The translations under genes and the position numbers were made by a program. From a virus: DNA of 64,000 bases. The stretch's first letter is position 1. Each line of letters starts with the position of its first letter. The notes under the pieces are model-generated. The model was not told the origin of the DNA. It searched no databases and saw nothing but the letters and a program-made list of their open reading frames with translations. Positions 16,296-25,766 of the stretch are shown in pieces. The stretch covers positions 1 to 64,000 of IMG/VR virus record IMGVR_UViG_3300025121_000045; one strand, written 5' to 3'.

Positions 16296-17561
16296 ATGTT
16301 AGATGTACGTTTCGTTGTAGAACATACAGATAAGATTATAGAGAATCTTAGAAAAAGACATACAGATTTTAATTTAACTCATCTCCTGAACCTCTTTAGT
16401 CTTCATAAAAACACCCTTCACAAGTTAGAGATGCTCAAAACTGACCGTAACAGGTTAGCTTCCGAGATAGGCAGACTTAAAATACAGAAACAAGACACGA
16501 CTATTCTTCAAGAACATGCTAGAGAATTAGGAAACGACATCAAGTCTTTTGAGATTGACTGTAAAGACTTGGCGGATAGGCTACATTCTCAAGTTTTGTT
16601 ACTGCCTAATCTATTGCAAGACACCGTGCCAGACGGCGTTGACGCTAACGACAATGTGTTAGTACGTACTTGGAATACCCCTACAGCATTTACCTTTACT
16701 CCAAAGGCCCACAACGAGATTGGGGAGGGTTTAGGTATTATAGATTTCCAAAGAGCGGCCAAGATTTCTGGGTCCCGGTTTGCCGTCCTACGAGGAGCGG
16801 GAGCTGCTCTAGAACGAGCTTTGATAAATTTATTCTTAGATACACATATAAGACACGGGTACCAAGAAGTTATGGTTCCATATCTTGTCAATGCCACTAC
16901 TATGACAGGTACAGGTCAACTCCCAAAATTTGAGGAAGACTTATTCAAAATACAAGGATCTGACCTGTACCTAATACCGACTGCAGAGGTCCCGGTCACC
17001 AATCTACATGCAGGAGAGATTTTAGCAGAAGATGGCCTACCCCTCAGGTATTGTGCTTTTACCCCATGTTTTAGAGCAGAAGCCGGTTCGCATGGACGCG
17101 ATGTAAAAGGTTTGATCCGTCAACATCAATTCCATAAGGTAGAGCTGGTACAGTTTGCACATCCAGACCAATCTCGAAATATTCATGAAGAATTAGTTAG
17201 GTATGTTGAGTGTTTGTTAGAGCTGCTTCAACTACCATACAGGACTATGCATTTATGTGCGGGTGATACAGGCAATGGGTCTTCTAGGACATACGACATA
17301 GAAGTATGGATGCCTGGACAGAATCAGTATAGGGAGATATCCTCTTGTTCTAATTTTCTAGATTATCAGGCACGTAGAGCCAATATCAGATTTAGACCTA
17401 AAGTCGGTGGTAAACCTAGATATGTACATACCCTGAATGCTTCTGGTTTGGCCATAGGCCGAACTATGGTGGCTATCTTAGAAAACTATCAACAAGAAGA
17501 TGGGTCTGTCATAGTTCCAGAAGTTTTAAGACCTTATATGCATATGGATGTCATAAAATGA
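16296..17561 (+). CDS. serS: seryl-tRNA synthetase
   Basis: MLDVRF start with GAGG SD; [47 protein letters not shown]. Confidence 0.97.
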   Translation: MLDVRFVVEHTDKIIENLRKRHTDFNLTHLLNLFSLHKNTLHKLEMLKTDRNRLASEIGRLKIQKQDTTILQEHARELGNDIKSFEIDCKDLADRLHSQVLLLPNLLQDTVPDGVDANDNVLVRTWNTPTAFTFTPKAHNEIGEGLGIIDFQRAAKISGSRFAVLRGAGAALERALINLFLDTHIRHGYQEVMVPYLVNATTMTGTGQLPKFEEDLFKIQGSDLYLIPTAEVPVTNLHAGEILAEDGLPLRYCAFTPCFRAEAGSHGRDVKGLIRQHQFHKVELVQFAHPDQSRNIHEELVRYVECLLELLQLPYRTMHLCAGDTGNGSSRTYDIEVWMPGQNQYREISSCSNFLDYQARRANIRFRPKVGGKPRYVHTLNASGLAIGRTMVAILENYQQEDGSVIVPEVLRPYMHMDVIK

Positions 17562-17824
17562 CAGAAACAGAAAACTGGATTAAAGTGTTGTCAGAGGCCC
17601 CTTCGACTCAGATTGACCCGCTGATAACAGCAAAGCTTAAAGACCTTCTTACAATACACCCGGTTCAAAGACCTGACATCCTGAGAAATATATTAGATGA
17701 ATGCATATATGGAGCTTTAGCTAGTGGCTTTTCCATGACTACAATGGACATAGTCTGGAAATTGTCGATAGAAGACGCTTCCGAGATACATTCGGTATCG
17801 AGAGAAGAAATGTTATCCGAATAA
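17558..17824 (+). CDS. hypothetical protein
   Basis: ATGA overlap with serS. Confidence 0.6.
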   Translation: MTETENWIKVLSEAPSTQIDPLITAKLKDLLTIHPVQRPDILRNILDECIYGALASGFSMTTMDIVWKLSIEDASEIHSVSREEMLSE

Positions 17825-17849
17825 TTATTCTTTTTAAAGTGGACTATAC

Positions 17850-18032
17850 ATGAGTAATTATAAACCCACCAATAGAGAAAAGAAATTAGCGACAAGAACT
17901 GGAGTATTTTGGTGCCGTTGCGACGCAAATCAAGTAGGCCCATGGGAGAAATGTTCTGTTTGCAAATCTCGTAATCCATCCTATCGCTTAAAACGTAATT
18001 TTGTGCTTAACAAAAACTGTCGAGAGATGTAA
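17850..18032 (+). CDS. small zinc-finger protein
   Basis: WCRCD..KCSVC. Confidence 0.55.
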   Translation: MSNYKPTNREKKLATRTGVFWCRCDANQVGPWEKCSVCKSRNPSYRLKRNFVLNKNCREM

Positions 18033-18062
18033 TATTATGACATACCTGCACAGGAGTATGTC

Positions 18063-18221
18063 ATGTCTATGGAAGAATTCTATAGGACTTTAGAGTTAGA
18101 TCGATTAACAGTTCGACAAAAATTACGTCTTATGGCTCTCTTACTTCGAGACATTGTCTCTGTTTCTTCAGAATACTCTCATTTACAGCCTCTCCTGTCT
18201 ATTATTAACTTAGAACCTTAA
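18063..18221 (+). CDS. small hypothetical protein (not in ORF track)
   Basis: AGGAG SD within hairpin; MSMEEFYRTLELDRL...INLEP*. Confidence 0.5.
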   Translation: MSMEEFYRTLELDRLTVRQKLRLMALLLRDIVSVSSEYSHLQPLLSIINLEP

Positions 18222-18398
18222 CGAAAGATTTTTAGTTTTTGTTCAATTTTTATGAAAATCTTCATTTAGCATCTTATTTCTCCTTCGTCATTATCGTTGT
18301 TAATTAAACATGATGGAGGTCCTTATGATGATTGTATTTACACGTCCTAATGCTAAGGCAAAATCCTGGTTTCGAAATGCCATGAATGGAAATGGTAT

Positions 18399-18710
18399 TT
18401 GTATCAGTGCGGACATGGACCTAGCTCTCCTACCTTTTCTGCCTTTTTGTTGGGTAGTGTGGGTTGTAACGGAGCTTGTGAGAAAATAATGAATTATTCA
18501 GAAGATTTGCATGCTGTTGTTACACATGTCTTAGATCCTGATCTAATGAAAAAAGGTCTTTGCCAACATCATGTTGATTTCGTTAAAAAGATAGTCTCTC
18601 GTTGGAAAGAAGAAGGGACCTACTCAGAAGACCGAGATCTAGAACTTAATAGACTATATGTGAATTTTGCAGAGTCTTGTTTTAAACTCCTAGACCAGCT
18701 CAATAAATAA
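18399..18710 (+). CDS. hypothetical protein (true start probably internal ATG)
   Basis: ORF track. Confidence 0.5.
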   Translation: MYQCGHGPSSPTFSAFLLGSVGCNGACEKIMNYSEDLHAVVTHVLDPDLMKKGLCQHHVDFVKKIVSRWKEEGTYSEDRDLELNRLYVNFAESCFKLLDQLNK

Positions 18711-18772
18711 AAATACCCAGGATAAAAATATTGACCGTTGTATGTGTCTGAACCAAACATAAGGACACATAT

Positions 18773-20152
18773 ATGGGATCATTCCGAGTAAATAGTGATC
18801 GTGGGTTAAGAGCAATAGATACTGAATTTCTGACAGGAAAATGGAAATTATTTAAAAATCTTTTAGATATTTGGTCTAGACCTTACGAGGGTCATTCAAT
18901 AATAGTTAGGTCGCAACAAGCATTTTCTACCTTTGAAGCTGTGTATGTTTACAAGAAAGAAAATGATCCTACCTTTGCATTACGCAAATACAAAAACCCT
19001 ATCATCGAGTATCTCAAAAAGATAGGGTATCTTTACAACCCTGATCCTCATGCTAGGTTGTCGGATTTTATACTCTCTTACTCAGACCCCAAAAACAGGT
19101 ATAAGTTTGAAGAAACTAGTGAAGAACTTATAGAATGTTCGTTGCCTGGAGGGTTGAAATATTATATGACATCATTCCATCAAGATGATGGAAGTAATAT
19201 AACCGGAGCAGGCCCTTATTTACGTTCTGAGAGTGATTATTCAGAATTTAAGAAGAGATTTGCTGACTCCGTTTGGGAAAAAGAAGGTAATGATGGTCTT
19301 CAATTAATAATGGATGAGAGGTCTAAATATGAAGCTCAAGTCCAACTATCCAAATTAGATAAACAGGATGCATATGTTAGCATACCGTCAGAAGACTCGC
19401 CTTGGACACATTTAGCGTCTCTTACTACTAGATGTCAAGCCTTTTTAAATGCCAAACTATCTAGAAAAATATTGTTCCATGGTCCACCAGGAACAGGAAA
19501 AACCTCTCTTGCTCGACAATTATCTTGTAATTTAGGTGGCCGAACTTTAAGAATTGACCCAGAAGCTTTGAATTATTGTGGTATAGACTATATTAGCGAT
19601 TTTGTATCTCATTTAAATCCTGGAGTTGTATTATTTGACGATTTAGACAGAAACCCTGGGGTTAAAAAATTACTTCATTATATGGAAGATAAAAAATTCA
19701 ATAACATCATCATAGGAACGGTCAATACAGTCAAGACTTTAGACCCAGCTTTATTGCGACCTGGAAGGTTCGATGAAGTATTATATGTGGGTGAACCAAA
19801 CAAAAACTCGCGTAAAGAAATAATCAATCATTATTGCTCTCTATACAATGTAGTTTTAGATGAAGAAAATCTTGTTAACTTAACGAGAGGATTCAGTCCG
19901 GCTGACATTAAAGAAGTTTTGAAATGTCTTTCTGTTGTTGGGGAAACTCACTTGAACGCAGAAATACAGCGTGTTACCATACAAAGAGAATTATATAAAG
20001 GAGATAAGTGTGCTGAATATCTTCTTAAAGAATCTGGGCTCTTAAATTCTGACCCTGATATAGATTTTTTACCTGAAGATTTATGTGAGGATAAGAAGTC
20101 AGCCCCACAACCTCAGAGATACGTTAGTTCCGGTTCTACCGGGAGGAGTTGA
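18773..20152 (+). CDS. AAA+ ATPase
   Basis: GPPGTGKT, VVLFDDLD, LDPALLRPGRFD, GFSPADI. Confidence 0.92.
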   Translation: MGSFRVNSDRGLRAIDTEFLTGKWKLFKNLLDIWSRPYEGHSIIVRSQQAFSTFEAVYVYKKENDPTFALRKYKNPIIEYLKKIGYLYNPDPHARLSDFILSYSDPKNRYKFEETSEELIECSLPGGLKYYMTSFHQDDGSNITGAGPYLRSESDYSEFKKRFADSVWEKEGNDGLQLIMDERSKYEAQVQLSKLDKQDAYVSIPSEDSPWTHLASLTTRCQAFLNAKLSRKILFHGPPGTGKTSLARQLSCNLGGRTLRIDPEALNYCGIDYISDFVSHLNPGVVLFDDLDRNPGVKKLLHYMEDKKFNNIIIGTVNTVKTLDPALLRPGRFDEVLYVGEPNKNSRKEIINHYCSLYNVVLDEENLVNLTRGFSPADIKEVLKCLSVVGETHLNAEIQRVTIQRELYKGDKCAEYLLKESGLLNSDPDIDFLPEDLCEDKKSAPQPQRYVSSGSTGRS

Positions 20153-20745
20153 AAATGTCAGATTTATTTATAAGTGTGGATGTACAAACCTCTGGACCTA
20201 TTCCCGGAGATTATTCGTTATTAAGTCTAGGTATGTCAGTATGTGGTTATGATTTAGACCCAGACAAGAATTTCTACATAGAGATAAGACCTTTGTCTGG
20301 ATCCAAACATGATCAAAGTTACCTGGAGTCTGCTAGATTTGATTGGAAGAAAATAAATGAAGATGGATGGGGGTTTGACCCTAAAGAAGCTATGTCTCAA
20401 TCTCTAAAATGGGTACGCAGAGTCTCCGGCCCAGACAAACCTGTCTTAGTGTCTTGGAATGGTTTCTATGACCACATGTTTATCACATGGTATTTTACTC
20501 ATTTCTTGGGTACTAATCCATTTGGAACAGGACAAGGAAGATCTATAGATCTTAAATCACTTCTTATTGGACGAACCGGAATAGAATACGGGGATGTGTC
20601 AGAACGCTCTTTAGCTAAAATAGGTATTACCAACACTTACAAACATACAGGTAATGCTTTAGAGGAAGCAAAATTGCAGGGGGACTTTTTCCAGAAATTG
20701 TCAGAGTACAACAAGCTTCGAGTACAAAGTTTGACGAGAACTTAA
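20149..20745 (+). CDS. DEDDh 3'-5' exonuclease-like protein with degenerate catalytic residues
   Basis: FISVDVQTSGP.PG.YSLLSLG, WN..YD..F, NALEEA. Confidence 0.75.
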   Translation: MKMSDLFISVDVQTSGPIPGDYSLLSLGMSVCGYDLDPDKNFYIEIRPLSGSKHDQSYLESARFDWKKINEDGWGFDPKEAMSQSLKWVRRVSGPDKPVLVSWNGFYDHMFITWYFTHFLGTNPFGTGQGRSIDLKSLLIGRTGIEYGDVSERSLAKIGITNTYKHTGNALEEAKLQGDFFQKLSEYNKLRVQSLTRT

Positions 20746-20887
20746 TATCATAATCTAATTTTTAGACGTCAATTCACGTTTAATACGTGTTGCAGTAAAA
20801 CAATTCTCCATAAATCTTCTAACGGAGGCAGGAACATGCTATTCTCGTACTACCTTTGAGCTGACCAACTATTTATTCCGTCCACAT

Positions 20888-21079
20888 ATGCATCATAAAG
20901 ACCGAATCATGATGCATAATAAACAAGACCGTAAGGTCCGAAGGTTAGCTTCTATGAAGCTAAAATGTTTATCTCTTGAGAAGAGATTATCTGATATTTG
21001 GTTTAGCACCCTTAATTCGTGGGAACGCTGGACAGTATTGTTAGATGGAAGCCTGCCTGTTTTTGAAGAACCTGCCTAA
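20888..21079 (+). CDS. hypothetical protein
   Basis: ORF behind promoter motif at 20753-20780. Confidence 0.45.
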   Translation: MHHKDRIMMHNKQDRKVRRLASMKLKCLSLEKRLSDIWFSTLNSWERWTVLLDGSLPVFEEPA

Positions 21080-21156
21080 ATTTCTCTTAATCTTTCCAAT
21101 GTCAAAAACGTTGACTTTTCATAAGTTCAAAACAAATAATAATTAGAAATGAGTTT

Positions 21157-21348
21157 ATGTATCAAGTTTTCACACAATATATCTCTCAAGGTATGTCTTT
21201 CAAACCCCATGTTATTGAAAGCACCCGTTCAAAAGAAGACATAGAAGTCTATCTTAAAAGTTTGTCCGAGATAAGTACGGTTCGGCGTGTTGAAATTAAG
21301 TATAATGACAAAAGACATTCTGCCGTAGTGATTGTCACGGAAGTTTAA
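21157..21348 (+). CDS. hypothetical protein, paralog of 22205
   Basis: Shares FTQYIS..PH..ES..VEI with 22205. Confidence 0.65.
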   Translation: MYQVFTQYISQGMSFKPHVIESTRSKEDIEVYLKSLSEISTVRRVEIKYNDKRHSAVVIVTEV

Positions 21349-21544
21349 TAAAGGTACTCAAATGTTTAAGGTGAAGGTACTTGGGGATAGAGACTCTGAT
21401 TATGATACGGCTGAAAGCATGACAGACTCTATTCACATAGAGGTTGAGAGCAATGGAGGTGATTCTGTAAAGTTTTATGACGGTCCTGCTTCAGATGTTT
21501 ATGCTTGGGCAGAAAATCTTGGTTTTTATGTGGAAGTCGAATGA
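21332..21544 (+). CDS. hypothetical protein
   Basis: ORF track. Confidence 0.5.
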   Translation: MSRKFNKGTQMFKVKVLGDRDSDYDTAESMTDSIHIEVESNGGDSVKFYDGPASDVYAWAENLGFYVEVE

Positions 21545-21882
21545 AAACGAAATCTTATATCTTAATTATGACTTCAACCAATGGCCATAAATACGGTTAT
21601 GTAGAAGAGTCCTTTAGTATGTGTCTTGACCCAAACCGAGTACGTGTATTCACAAAGACTAAGTACTCTAGGAAGACATACAATGCTGACACAGTAAATA
21701 TGCTACAGGATGCGAAGCTAGGAGTATGGAAGGATGTACATGGTAAATTCGTACACATCGTGAAAGCCGAAGTTTACCGTGTAGGGTCTAAAAACTGTCC
21801 CTTTAAGATTGATTGGAGAGAAAGATTTATAGACTCCACTTCAAAGTATAATTGGAGGAATTTGCCGTTTGTGAGTAAGTAG
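21541..21882 (+). CDS. hypothetical protein
   Basis: ATG 21541 overlapping upstream stop. Confidence 0.6.
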   Translation: MKTKSYILIMTSTNGHKYGYVEESFSMCLDPNRVRVFTKTKYSRKTYNADTVNMLQDAKLGVWKDVHGKFVHIVKAEVYRVGSKNCPFKIDWRERFIDSTSKYNWRNLPFVSK

Positions 21883-21886
21883 AATA

Positions 21887-22166
21887 TACCAGAGGCCCGT
21901 TCGCCGTGATCTAGAACAGGAAGTTGACCCTTAATTTTGAGGTAACTCAAAGCGCAGGGTACGTTAGGTAACTTAAAAATCATATGCGTGTAATCGTAAA
22001 AAGATGCATATGGAAATAGAGACCATTACCTAACATTGTAGAGAGATGACAAATATTGTGTATACGTTCTACAAATACATCCGTATATGTGATATGAGGA
22101 ATTTCTTTACGACAAAGCCGTTCGATGCCTAGATCTTTCAGGGTTCGACTCCTTGATCTGGTACTA
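21887..22166 (+). ncRNA. tmRNA-shaped structured RNA with tRNA-like domain
   Basis: TACCAGA/TCTGGTA ends, GATCTAG/CTAGATC, T arm CAGGG-TTCGACT-CCTTG, several internal helices. Confidence 0.65.
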
Positions 22167-22204
22167 ATGTTTTCAACCTATAAACCTTAACTATACTTAT
22201 AACT

Positions 22205-22393
22205 ATGAATGTGCAACTTTTTACTCAATATATTTCAAAGTCTCTAAAAACGAGACCTCACATCGTAGAAAGTATTTTCGATAAAAGCAAACTGGAAGAG
22301 CTTAAAAAATCATTTTTATCTCTTAAAAATGTACATGCTGTAGAAATTTGTTGAGAAAATGATATTGTAATTCTTACGGTCTTAGAAGATTAA
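22205..22393 (+). pseudogene. paralog of 21157 ORF interrupted by TGA at 22352
   Basis: MNVQLFTQYISK...VEIC*ENDIVILTVLED*. Confidence 0.55.
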
Positions 22394-22470
22394 TTATAAC
22401 CTCTCTTAGAAAAATCTACCTCAAATCGTTTCTTCAATATTACAACAACCTTCAACGAACGGAAGTACAA

Positions 22471-23964
22471 ATGAAAGCCTGTAATAAAGGGACTTGCCGT
22501 TTTGCAAAACCCCTTGTTCTAAAGCGTGCATACGGAATATGCACCGACTCTGATGCCAACCACAATAAAGCATATAGCGCAGAGCTTCATCAAGACGAAG
22601 GAACATCAAATTATACGGTGTTCGTGAGTTACGGACGTGTAGGCGAGAAGATGGCTGAGCGCGAGTACCTGAATGATAACGGCTCTGCTCTTTCTCAGTA
22701 TGAAGCTGAACAGCAGTACAATGATCTTCTGAAGGACAAGTTCGGAGCCCCTAAGTGCTCTGCTTGTGGTAATAAGACGGATGTCGCAGGCGTTATGACC
22801 TGCTCCAAATGTAGCCGCAAGTACAACTTCAAGGACTATACCAAGAAATATGTGCCCGTTGACCTGGCCCAGGCGAAGGTAGGGTCAGACCACGGCAAGG
22901 CTATTGTGGATACCACCAAACTTACCACAGCATCGCAGGCTCAAGTACAGCCGGATCCGACAACTGTAATGTCAACGCCTTCTCTGGCACGTGAGATTGT
23001 GTCCTTCCTAACACATATTTTCGAGGAAGCTGGACAGGCAGCTCGATCCAGTTTGAATACTGGAGTGCTCAAGGCAACCGCTGACAATCCCCTTGGAACT
23101 CTGAGCCAGGCTCAATTGGAAGACGGTAGGGGTATTCTTGATGAGATTCGCCTTTTGCTATTAGATGGTAAAGACCATGCAACTTTGATGAAATTGACCA
23201 CTGGGTTTTATTCTACAATCCCACAGCAAATCGATAGACGGCCGGATTGGAATAGGCTTTGTATCGATAATTTGCCAAAGCTTAGTACGGCTATTGACCT
23301 TATTGACCTTCTTTCAGATGTAAAAGGAGTTCAGACTTCGTTCAAAAGTGGCACTACTGATTGGGACCGTTATGACAGTGTTGGAGCAGACCTTGAAGTA
23401 GTAGACCGTAATGATCCAGTATGGAAAAAGCTTGAGCAGAATGCTTTGAATTCTCGGGCACATAACCATCGTCAGTATGACCGAATGAAGGTTCGCAACA
23501 TTTTTAAGCTTCGTGTTTCTTCTCAGAAAGACCACAACTGGCTTGATCCGAATAAGGTGGGCAATGTGCAGGCTTTGTACCACGGTAGTCGTAATGCAAA
23601 CATCCTTGGTATTACGACTAAGGGCTTGCTTCTACGGCCTCCGGGAGCCGTAATTACAGGAAGCATGTATGGAGCGGGACTATATTTTGGGTCGAATTCA
23701 TCAAAGAGTCTACAATATTCTCAGGGCGGTTGGGGGGGTACAGGCAACAGAAGCAATAATGTTTATCTTTATGTTTGCTCCCTTGCGCTAGGACGTATTA
23801 AAGAATACACGACGGCTCAGACACATTTGACTGCCCCACCTTCTGGGTATCATTCAGTAAAGGGGGTTCCTGGGGTACAGCTGGTAAATGAAGAATATAT
23901 TGTTTATACTCTTCGTCAGCATCGACTCGACTATATTATGGACATTAGCCCTGACGGACGTTAA
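22471..23964 (+). CDS. poly(ADP-ribose) polymerase (WGR-like + Zn ribbon + regulatory + catalytic)
   Basis: YGRVG; NPLGTLS..QL..G..IL; FYSTIP; LYHGSR, GSMYGAGLYF, KSLQYS, NEEYIVY (H-Y-E triad). Confidence 0.92.
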   Translation: MKACNKGTCRFAKPLVLKRAYGICTDSDANHNKAYSAELHQDEGTSNYTVFVSYGRVGEKMAEREYLNDNGSALSQYEAEQQYNDLLKDKFGAPKCSACGNKTDVAGVMTCSKCSRKYNFKDYTKKYVPVDLAQAKVGSDHGKAIVDTTKLTTASQAQVQPDPTTVMSTPSLAREIVSFLTHIFEEAGQAARSSLNTGVLKATADNPLGTLSQAQLEDGRGILDEIRLLLLDGKDHATLMKLTTGFYSTIPQQIDRRPDWNRLCIDNLPKLSTAIDLIDLLSDVKGVQTSFKSGTTDWDRYDSVGADLEVVDRNDPVWKKLEQNALNSRAHNHRQYDRMKVRNIFKLRVSSQKDHNWLDPNKVGNVQALYHGSRNANILGITTKGLLLRPPGAVITGSMYGAGLYFGSNSSKSLQYSQGGWGGTGNRSNNVYLYVCSLALGRIKEYTTAQTHLTAPPSGYHSVKGVPGVQLVNEEYIVYTLRQHRLDYIMDISPDGR

Positions 23965-24039
23965 TATTTCCTCTTAGATTACCCCCTCCCTATACGTTAT
24001 TATATCACCATAAAGTAATCCACTACAAGGGGTAATCAA

Positions 24040-24351
24040 ATGACAAAGACCGTTAAATACTCCGGGTACACTCAAGAAAATTTCAAAGATGCCTTTATTG
24101 GATGGGGTGACGATAGACCTGGTTTTATTCCAGACCTCAAAGAAGGAATTCCGGTCCTGCTTGAAGTCACAAAATACAAGAATGAGGACAAACCACGTAG
24201 TAAGACTGTATGGCGCAATGTAATATGGTCTTTTGACCAGAAAGTGGGTTGTGACCAAATCGTTTATGCTGCCGAATACCATAACAGCAAAGACCAAGCC
24301 TTACATCGGGACTTAATTCTAAAGTACATTGGAGGGATACTATGTACTTGA
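24040..24351 (+). CDS. hypothetical protein
   Basis: Promoter motif at 23971-23998, AGGGG SD. Confidence 0.65.
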   Translation: MTKTVKYSGYTQENFKDAFIGWGDDRPGFIPDLKEGIPVLLEVTKYKNEDKPRSKTVWRNVIWSFDQKVGCDQIVYAAEYHNSKDQALHRDLILKYIGGILCT

Positions 24352-24608
24352 CTAATGCAGAAAAAGACCTCCTTATTAAGGTGTTGAAAGATTACAGGAA
24401 AGAAGAACAGAGTCGTGGGTGTAGTGACTATACTATATCTAACACAGAAGATAGTTTGTCTGTATGGAAAGAAATAATTACTTCTGCTCCATGGTATGAT
24501 CCATCCGAAATGAGAGTGGAAACAGAAAGTGAAGATCCAGAATTAAGCTGCACTACTACAGAGATTCTTGATTTTCTTATCCGTAAATTAGACACAATAC
24601 AGGAATAA
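24342..24608 (+). CDS. hypothetical protein
   Basis: GGAGG SD. Confidence 0.65.
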   Translation: MYLTNAEKDLLIKVLKDYRKEEQSRGCSDYTISNTEDSLSVWKEIITSAPWYDPSEMRVETESEDPELSCTTTEILDFLIRKLDTIQE

Positions 24609-24609
24609 T

Positions 24610-24978
24610 ATGAGATTTCAACCTCAAAAAGTACCTTTGAATTGCTTGCTCGGGAAAACGCTAGCACGAGTCCTTGTAGGACCCCAAACTGTTCATTTCC
24701 AGACGGTGTGTGGTAGTACCTTTACTCTCGGACATGAACAACAGTGTTGTGAGACGGTATATGTTGAGCTGAGTGAAGGTGACCAAGAAACTCTACTTGG
24801 AGAAGTGACTGTTTTTGAATTAGTAAAAGAAAAGACCAAAGGGACTATGGTATGGGCATTTTATAAGCTCACAACGAAAAATGGTTACAACACTTTCAGG
24901 TTTACAAAAGATCTAGAGACTTTTTATTCTGTTGACGTGGACTTTTGTCTCATAGACCCGGAGAGTTACCCTAAATGA
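24610..24978 (+). CDS. phage hypothetical protein
   Basis: HEQQCCETV...WAFYKLTT.NG pattern common in phage ORFs. Confidence 0.65.
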   Translation: MRFQPQKVPLNCLLGKTLARVLVGPQTVHFQTVCGSTFTLGHEQQCCETVYVELSEGDQETLLGEVTVFELVKEKTKGTMVWAFYKLTTKNGYNTFRFTKDLETFYSVDVDFCLIDPESYPK

Positions 24979-25095
24979 TTACCCTAACAGAAAATATGGA
25001 TTAATTTCTCTCTGATTACTTCTTTAGTGTTGTCGTTATTCATATGTGGTTGTTATCCAATATGAAAGACTATAAATGATTACTCTAACAGAAAA
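24972..25095 (+). repeat. 23-bp imperfect direct repeat flanking a promoter motif
   Basis: TAAATGATTACCCTAACAGAAAA (24972) and TAAATGATTACTCTAACAGAAAA (25073). Confidence 0.75.
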
Positions 25096-25291
25096 AGATG
25101 AATATTGTCTTGAGACAGACTTAACTACCTTAGAGGGGAAAACAGAACTTCTGAATTTCCTTCAAAACTCTTCTTTCCCTGAAAAATTGACCTTGATTGT
25201 GAATAACGAGAATTTTTATACCTTCGGAACTTCTTCAGAAAGGTTCCAATTTTCTCTTGGGTTCATATTGCTTTGGAAAATTATTGCCTAA
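25076..25291 (+). CDS. hypothetical protein
   Basis: Behind promoter motif at 25010-25037. Confidence 0.55.
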   Translation: MITLTEKDEYCLETDLTTLEGKTELLNFLQNSSFPEKLTLIVNNENFYTFGTSSERFQFSLGFILLWKIIA

Positions 25292-25356
25292 CGTCTCCCT
25301 GACTATTATTTTGTGACTATCGTTTTCCATAGATAATAAAACTACAGGAGACTTTT

Positions 25357-25725
25357 ATGAAGCAGCTCACCCTTGGACAACTGATCACTATCCTTTCTAA
25401 CCTTCCTCAAGGTGCTTTAACTAATTGCAATGGTGGATTTTTCTCGTATCGTGGGCGATATGATGAATGTGCCATGGAACCTTCATCATATGAGAATCCA
25501 CCTAGGTATGCTACCGTTGGGGAGCTTCTAAAAGAGGCTAAAGAAGCGATGACGAGTAGAGCTTTCTGGGGTTGGAAAAATTCGGAAGAACCTTATTATT
25601 TTGACACAGAAACTCCAATGTGGATTGGAAACGATTACGAATACCCAGGGCTTGCGTTGACAGAGTTTAAAGAAATAGACGGGGTGTATAAAGCAGTAGG
25701 GGTCCTTGAAGAAGATCTGAAGTGA
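25357..25725 (+). CDS. hypothetical protein
   Basis: LTLGQLI..L, SYRG.Y phage motif; AGGAG SD. Confidence 0.7.
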   Translation: MKQLTLGQLITILSNLPQGALTNCNGGFFSYRGRYDECAMEPSSYENPPRYATVGELLKEAKEAMTSRAFWGWKNSEEPYYFDTETPMWIGNDYEYPGLALTEFKEIDGVYKAVGVLEEDLK

Positions 25726-25766
25726 TACTGGTTATGTGTTGTCAAAAACTACGAGGCGTTTGAATC

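Noticed and set aside
21887-22166. Canonical tmRNA (ssrA)
   Set aside because: No G3.U70 pair, no encoded CCA and no recognisable tag ORF; kept only as tmRNA-shaped.
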